From: a virus
Lineage: Duplodnaviria; Caudoviricetes
Strand: one strand, 5' to 3'
Length of the DNA: 38,330 nt
Virus record (IMG/VR): IMGVR_UViG_3300035235_000641
Span: 1-38,330 of that record
The notes under the pieces: model-generated
What the model was told of the DNA's origin: nothing
What the model saw: only the letters and a program-made list of their open reading frames with translations
Databases searched by the model: none
Shown here: in pieces, positions 18,901-27,900 of the stretch
Numbering within the stretch: the stretch's first letter is position 1
Layout of the letters: each line of letters begins with the position of its first letter
Translations under genes and position numbers: made by a program

Positions 18901-21900
18901 GTTGGACGATACTTACGTTAGTGTTGTTCCTGAATCAGAAGGTCCTTATAAAATTTATGGCATTGACGAAGAAACAACAATGTCTTACAAAGGTAAACTA
19001 GGTTGGTTCTATCCGTTATACACATCTGAAACAGCGGCAGCGGCTGCCGACATTGGAACAGGCGGAAGCGGATTAGCACATATACATACATTTGCTGGAT
19101 ATAATAAAGTATTTTATATGCCAAATAGTAATATGAGTCATGCTACATCTGACTCAGTAGCATACGACGAATGGCCAATGGCTAAACCAATTATACAAGG
19201 CCATGATGGATCTAGATGGGTATGTTTTGGTGACTATAGGGATCATTTATTATTAGATATTGAAAAAAGAATTTATAATAACTTAAAACAACCTTATGAC
19301 GAGACAGTTTTAGACATTGCAGATTTTATTGAAACAAGATCTCGTAAAACAGGATTTGGTAGATACATTACTACAGACACACTTATTAGTGACTTTAATT
19401 CTTGGTTAGAAACAGTAGGAAATCCAGACTACAGTACTAATAAAGTTTTTGATCGTACAAACGGATTTACTTTTAACTATTCTAAATTTGCTGACATTAA
19501 CGATTTACCCTTACCAGGTTTTTGGAGATCAATATACAAAGATTTCTATAACACAGATAGACCTCACAGTCATCCTTGGGAAGTTTTAGGACTTAAAATT
19601 AAACCTAGTTGGTTTGATAAAGTTTACGGAGAAGCACCTTACACACGTAATAACTTAATACTTTGGGAAGATTTATCAAAAGGTATTATGCGTGAACCAG
19701 GTGAAAAAGTAAAATATAGAAATAAGTTTATTAACAACGATATTATTAATTATATTCCAGTTGACGATCAAGGATACTTGCTAGATCCTGCTAATTGTGG
19801 TATTGCTAGGTACGGTATTGATTCTTCATATCAAGATCCGTTTATATTTGGCGATGAAGCCCCAATTGAGGCGGCCTGGCGTAACAGTTCACATTATCCG
19901 TTTAGTTTAATGAAAACATGGGCACTACATCAGCCAGCACAATTCTTTGGTTTAGCGTTTGATAGAAGTAGAATTAAAAGAAATGAAGCAGATCAATTAG
20001 TTTATACTGCTACTAGTAAAAATATTGAACTGTCAAAGTTAGTATTTCCTAATAACACTACTGATACAACAAGAGTTTTTACTTCGGGTATTGTAAATTA
20101 CATTCAAGGATACCTAGCACAGAATGAAACAATTCAATTTGGTGCGTATCAAAATAATCTTAAAAACTTACAAAACAAAATATCAGCTAAAATTGGTGGA
20201 TTTACACAACAAGATAAATTTAAACTAATATTAGATTCAAGAACACCTACTAATGAAGGAAACGTTTTTGTACCTGAAGAAAACTATAAAATACACTTAG
20301 TAAAAAGTACACCTATTGATGTTTATTCTTATAGTGGTATTATAATTGAAGTAGTTCCAGCAGGATATATTGTTAAAGGTTATGATAAAGAAAGACCTAC
20401 ATTTAGAACATATGCTCCTAACAGAAAAAATAATGATCCTCTAACTAATATTGGCGGAACTAGTGAGCCTTTCCTTACTTGGGATAGTGGTAAGTTTTAT
20501 GAACTTGGTCAAATTGTTGAAAATGGCGGAACTTACTTTAGAGTTAAAGAAGGCCATAATAGTACTGATGGTTTTGATAATGATAAGTTTCAAAAATTAG
20601 CTGAACTACCTCAAGAAGGCGGAGCATCAGCATTCTTTAGTAAAAATTGGGATCTATCAACTGTAATAGGTGTTCCATATGGAACACTTTTTAGAGAAAA
20701 ACAAGAGGTTGTTGACTTTATAAGAGGTTACGGTAGATACTTACAAACCAAAGGTTTTATATTTGAAAGATTTAATCAAGACTTAGAAGAAATTGAAAAT
20801 TGGGATCTATCAGCAAAAGAATTTTTGTATTGGACAACACAAAATTGGGATAGCGGAACTATCCTTACAGTAAGTCCAAGTGCCCAACAAATTGAATTTA
20901 ATGAAGAATATAAAGTAGTAGATGACATTTACGATAACTTTTATGATTATAGTTTACTTTCGTCAGATGGTAAACGTTTACTAGCAGACTTTGCTACAAC
21001 AGAAAGAGATAATTCAAACTCATTTGGTCTTTTTGTTAAAAATACTGAAGAAGGAATTTACAGTTTAAAGATTCCTACAGTACAGCATGAGCATGTTGTT
21101 ATTTTAGATAACAGAACTGTATTTGGAGATGTTATCTACAACAGACCACAGGGTTATAGACAAGAACGCATTAGAGTAAACGGCTATAGAAGTGATAATT
21201 GGAACGGATCATTTAATGTACCGGGCTTTATATTTGATGATGCTAAGGTTTATGAATGGCAAGAGTACCAAGATTATCCAATTGGTACATTAGTTAAACA
21301 CAAACAATTTTATTATGTTACTAAAGATGATGTTAGTGGAACACAATTTTTTGTAGATTCAAATTTTGTAAGATTAGACGGCGCTCCAAAACCAGGATTA
21401 CTACCTAACTGGGATTATAAGGCAAAGCAATTCTTAGATTTTTATGATCTTGATTCAGATAACTTTGATGCTGATCAACAAAGGCTAGCACAACATTTAA
21501 TTGGATATCAAAATAGAACATATTTAGGAAACATCATTAATGATGATGTAAGTCAGTTTAAATTTTTCCAAGGCGCAATTCAAGATAAAGGAACTAAAAA
21601 TGTTCTTACAAAATTGTTTGATAAACTAGGAAGTGCAAGCAAAGACAGTTTAGAATTTTATGAAGAATGGGCAATTCGTGTAGGGCGGTATGGTGCTACT
21701 ACAGGTGACGATCAGTTTGAGATTACATTAGACGAAGAACAGTATAGACAAGAACCACAAAAGATTGAATTAGTTGACTCTATTGATCCTCAAGATACAA
21801 GTTTAATTTATCGACTTACACAAAACGATATTTTAACAAAATCAAACAACTATGATCATAAACCGTTACCTGTAAAATATTTTAATGATGCTAATAGTTA

Positions 21901-24900
21901 TACTAAAACTGCTGGTTATGTAAATCCAAATGATGTAACTGTACAACTACTAACATATTCAAGTATTGTTGATAAAACATTAACAGAAATTCCAGCTAAC
22001 AGTTATATATGGACAGCGAATTCAAAACAACAAACAACATGGGCAGTTTATAAGCATGTAGAATCTAATAATAAAATTACAAGTATATCAGATAGTGATA
22101 CAGATTCTTTTACTATTACATTAGATACTGTAGGAGATGTAACTACTGGTGATATAGTAGGTGTACATGACATTAGTACTGATGTTGATGGGTTTTATGA
22201 GATTGAATCTATTAGTTTAAATGTATTAACACTTAAAACAACAGATAGTATTACTGCTATTGCTTCTGCTAACGGATACTTAACACAGTTTACTAATTAT
22301 AGGTTACCTAATATAGCCACAGCTAATGATATTATTAAAAATAGCAAACAATTTAGTACAGATCCAACTGCTAAAAAGTATACTGATACTATTTGGGTTG
22401 ATGATGACGATAGTGGTAAATGGACAGTACTTAAAAATAAGCAAGTATTTGAGTTAAAGACAGATATTAAAAATACATTAGCAGGATTGTTAGATAGTAC
22501 ACAAAAAGATTTTGGAGCAGATTTTGCTATTAGTGATAATAACAATACTATAGCAATTAGTGCGCCTAAAGACCTTAACGGTTCGGTATATATATTTGCT
22601 CGTCCAAGTGATAATACAGATTTTGGTTACTTACAGCAAATTGATGAACAAGCATTTTTATATGATCAAAATGGAGGCTTTGGTACAAGTGTAGCAATGT
22701 CAGGCGACAACAAGTATCTTGCTATTGGATCACCTAATGCTGGTAATTTAAAAAGTAAACTAAAAGGCGAGTATAATAATTTAGAAAATTATGTTGCCGG
22801 TGACGTTGTGTTATATGATGAGCAATTATGGAAAGCTAAACGTATTATTGAAGGAGATAGTATACAGGTATTCCCAGCATCATCAAGTAATCAACAAAGT
22901 TTAGATGGAACTTACGATAATGTTGCTAATGAATACCCAGAAACAGTGTTTATGGCAAGAGGTGATTACGGCCTAGGTACTGATGTAGCAACTGATCATA
23001 TCTTAATTAGAGCTGAACAAGAACAGTTTGAAGGAACTAGAACTGGAGACAGGTTATTCTTAAAATGGAATAGGTATACTACAGGCAATCTTTCAGGTAG
23101 AGATCCATTTAATGGCGATCCGGTATTAACTGAAGCATTTATAAATGGTGAACATGCTATTACAGCAAAAGTACAAAAAGTATTACAAATTGAAAGTTCG
23201 TTAAGTGTTCCAGATGTTGGTAGTACAGTACAAACTGATACAGGAAAAGCTATAGTTGTTTATAGAAAAATAAACGACGATAATCAAATGGCAGTATACA
23301 TTAATGATATTAATGGTACATTTACTGAGTCAGGAGTGCTTACACAAAATAATGTTACAGTTGGTGATTACCAAGTTATATTAAAAACTGACGATACATA
23401 TCATAACGGATGGTGGAAGATTGATGTAGGTTCTTCTTTTAACACAACAGAATTACAAGAAACAGATCCTCAACTTGTTATTCAAACTATTAAAGTAGAG
23501 AATGACTTTGTAACACCAACTCCAGACTTTACAAATATCTTAGACGTACAATTACAACAAGATATTAGTAAACCAACACAACCTTCTTTGATTGGTACAT
23601 TATCACATACTGAAGGATCAACACTAATTGATAGAATTGATAGTAAATGGTTTATAAGATCAGAAGCTGTTGCTGGAGCAAACAATATAGTAGGTGATAA
23701 ACTTAGAGTTTGGCTTAATAATATAACAGTAAACGGAATTGTACAAAATCCAAGTGCTATTAATTTAGACTTTACATACATTAACGATACTGAACATACT
23801 ATTGCTGATATATGGAACGGGTTTATGGATGTTAGATTAACAAACTTTAACCTACAAGGCGATCCGTTCATTCCATTAGTGGGTAATACAATTACTGATA
23901 GCGCCACAGGCGAGTCAGCAGAAATTGTATATATTAAAAGAGATTTTGGTGTTGTAAGAATATTCTTTAAAAATAAAACTGGAACAATGTCAGTAGGTAG
24001 TGATTATGGAGTTAACTCTAATGCTACATTTATTGAAAATGATAGTACACTAAGAACAATTGGTCCAATTAACGCAATACATCATGAAAATAGTATTTCA
24101 GGACCTTTAATAGTTATTGATAAACAAACAAATATTGCTATACCAACTACTAATACATTACAAGCATTAGAATATTTCTTATACCAAAGTGCTACTGTTA
24201 GTGGAGTTTTTGAATTAGCTACTCCTCCAAGTGCTTTGAATTTAGATTGGACAAGAACTTATAATCTTCCATTGACAGCTGAAGGTATAGCAAGCGGATT
24301 TACTAACGAAGGCGCATTTGCTGTATACGAGAAAAAAGGATTAACATACCAATTACTAAGTTACTATACTTTACCAAAGAGTGAAAATAATCGCAGACTA
24401 GGTAACCAACTTAAATTTTCTCAAACAGGAGAAAACTATAGATTATACATCCATGCTAAAGGTGATGGTACCGAAGTAAACAATGGTAAGATATTCTTTG
24501 TTGATAAAACACCAACTGAAGATTGGACTATTGGTAGCGAACCATTATATAGAGGATTACATAGATCAGGCGCAACATATGTACAAGGTGAATACGTTAA
24601 ATTTGGTGAAGCAGTATATGAATCAAAAAGTAATATTATTCCAGGAGTATTTAATCCGTTACTATGGGAACAGGTTAATAGCGGAATTGACTTACTAGGT
24701 TATGTACCAAATGATACTAACTTTAGCATTACTGAAAGCACAGTTGATCAGCTATACTTAGAAGAAGTAGGCGAATCATTTGATGTAAGCACTGATGGTA
24801 GTGTATTAATTACCACTGCTAGATACTTAAACACGCAAGATAGTGCTATACCAAACACTAAAGTTGTTATATATAGAAAATTTGAAGATCAATTTGTTTA

Positions 24901-27900
24901 CAGTCAAATACTTGAACCATCAGATCTGTCAGAACATTTTGGAGAAGATATAGCAATTAGTGCTGATGGCAGAAAAATTGCTATTGGCGCCTCGTTTAAT
25001 AGTGATACAAGTAGATCAAATGGAGCAGTATATGTATATGTACAAAGCGGAAATACTTTCGTATATAAACAAACTATTAGACCTAAAGACAGCACACCAA
25101 ATACCAGGTTTGGTAGTAAGTTAGATTTTGACGGTCAAACACTTGCTATTACAGCCAAAGGTGGGGATATAGAAACCCAAACAACTTTTGATTTTGTTAC
25201 ATCCTTTGATAGAGGAAATACTGAATTTTTAACTACAGATAACAATAGTGGATTGGTTAGTATATACGAATCTATTAATGATAGTTTATTATACGGACAA
25301 GACTTTAGTTATAATGTAGACACTGAAGATTTTGGTAGTATCTTAAAAGTTAAGAATAATCATGTATATGTTGGATTGCCTAAACAAACTACTATTACTA
25401 ATGGAGTACAAGACAGAGGAGTTGTCGCTGAATATAGAAAACCGTTAAATTCTAAAGCATGGGATATTGCTAGAAGTCCGGTAGTTCCAGCAGACACAGA
25501 AAAGTTTAAAGGTGTATTCCTTTATAATACTGTAGATAATGTTTTAGTATCATATATTGATTATATTGATCCTATACAAGGAAAAATTGCTGGACCAGCA
25601 GAACAAGAGATTAGTTTTAAAACTAGTTATGATCCTTGTAGATACAACGTGAGTACAGATGCTAATATTCTAGAACACACTTTAGATTATACAAGCGATA
25701 CATGGGTCGGCAAGCTATGGTGGGATATTGATAGTGCTAGATTTATTAATCACCATCAAGGTGACATTACAGAAGGTACTAATAATTTTAATAAACTGTT
25801 TGAAGGTACAACTGTTGATATTTACGAATGGGTAGAGTCAACGTTACTACCAAGCGAATGGGACGCACAACAAGGATCTGAATCAGGACTTGCTGATGGC
25901 ATAAGTGGTACAACAAAATACGGAGATAGTGTTTATTCTAAACGTAGAAAATACAATAGTGCTTCGGGAACATTTGCTAATTTTTATTACTATTGGGTTA
26001 AGAACAAGCGTACACTTCCACAAGTAGCAAACAGAAGTGTTACTGGGTTTGATGTTGCTACATATATTTCAGATCCGGCTTCGATAGGATATAGATTCGT
26101 TGCTATGTTAAGCAATCAGCGTTTTGCGTTATTCAACTGTGAAAGCCTTATACAAGACAAAGATGTAGCATTAAGTTTCAATTGGTGGACTATTGACAAT
26201 CAAGAACAGAATACACACAATCAATATCAAATTATAACTGATGGTTTGGAAACAAGTATTCCAAATAGAGTAATTGAACAAAAATGGTTTGATAGTTTAG
26301 TTGGTTTTGATACAAACGAACGTCCTGTTCCAGATATCACTCTTCCAACTAATCAAAAATACGGAACTCTTAATCAACCAAGACAAAGTTGGTTTATAAA
26401 CAAAACTGAAGCACGTAAACAGTTTATTGAAAGAGCTAATGGTGTCTTAAAAGATAACTTAGTTGTAGACGATTTTGATTTAACAAAGTTGACTGAGTTT
26501 GATCCGACACCAACAGTAGCAACAGGTATTTTTGATACAACAGCAGACACATTTGCTGAAATGAGATTTGTGAGTATTGCTCGTGTTAAGCCTGCTACAT
26601 TAACATTAGAAATTGAAAACGGTGTTATTATTAATGTGTTAATTACAGATCCAGGTGAAGGATATATTAATCCGCCAACGTATACAATTACAGATAATCA
26701 AGGATCAGGCGCTGAACTTAACATAAGTTTAGATGCTAATGGCAAAATTAGTTCAGTAGAAATTATTAATCCTGGTAAAGGATATAGTAGTAACACACGT
26801 ATTACTTTAAGAAACTTTGCTGTACTAGTTAAGAATGACGAAAACATTAATGGTAAATGGAGTGTATTCCAATGGAATGGTATAGAGTATCAAAGAACAC
26901 TTACACAAAGCTATGATGTAAATTTATATTGGAAATATATTGATTGGTATGGTAAAGATTACAATCAGTTTACGTTTATTAATAATGTTATTGATGCTAG
27001 TTATCAGTTATATGGCTTAGAAAATAATATTGGTGATATTGTAAAAATTAGTAACGTTGGTACAGGCGGTTGGTTATTACTTAAAAAAGTTGCCAATGAA
27101 GATACTACTGACTACAGTGTAAACTACACAACAATTGGTAGACAGAACGGAACTATTGAGTTCTTAGATAGTTTATATGATGTTAATAGCGACAATATAG
27201 CATTTGACGGCGCAAGTTATGATAGAATATTCTATGATACAGAACCTGTACAAGAAATGCGTAAAATTATTAATGTTATTAAGAATGATATTTTTGTAGA
27301 TCAGTTACAGATACATTGGAATGAGTTGTTTTTTGCAAGTCTAAAATATGTTTTTACAGAGCAATTAAATGTAGATTGGGCAATTAAAACAAGTTTTGTA
27401 AAAGCAAAACACAACGTAGGTAATTTAGATCAAAGAATAACATTTAAAAATGATAGTCTTCCTAGTTATGAAAAATATGTAGAAGAAATGAAACCGTATA
27501 AAACTAAGGTTAGAGAATACCTAAGTTCATACGAAAATTTAGAAACTTCAGCTAACAATATTACTGACTTTGACCTACCACCGGTGTATAGTGAGTTACA
27601 AGGTAAAATTGTACCACAAAGTGTACAAATTGTAGATGGCCAAATTGTTTCAGACAATGCTCGTATTACAGAGTACCCTGCTAAACATTGGGCTGACAAT
27701 GTAGGATTTGAAATTACAAGTATTGCTATTGCTGACGCTGGCTCAGGATATAATATTGCTCCTGTTATACAAATTACAGGCGGCGGCGGATCTGGTGCTA
27801 AAGCAGAAGCATTTGTTGGTAACGGAAAAATAACTTTAGTTAAAATTATTAATCCAGGATCAGGTTACTTATCTAACCCAACAATAACAATAATAGGTTC

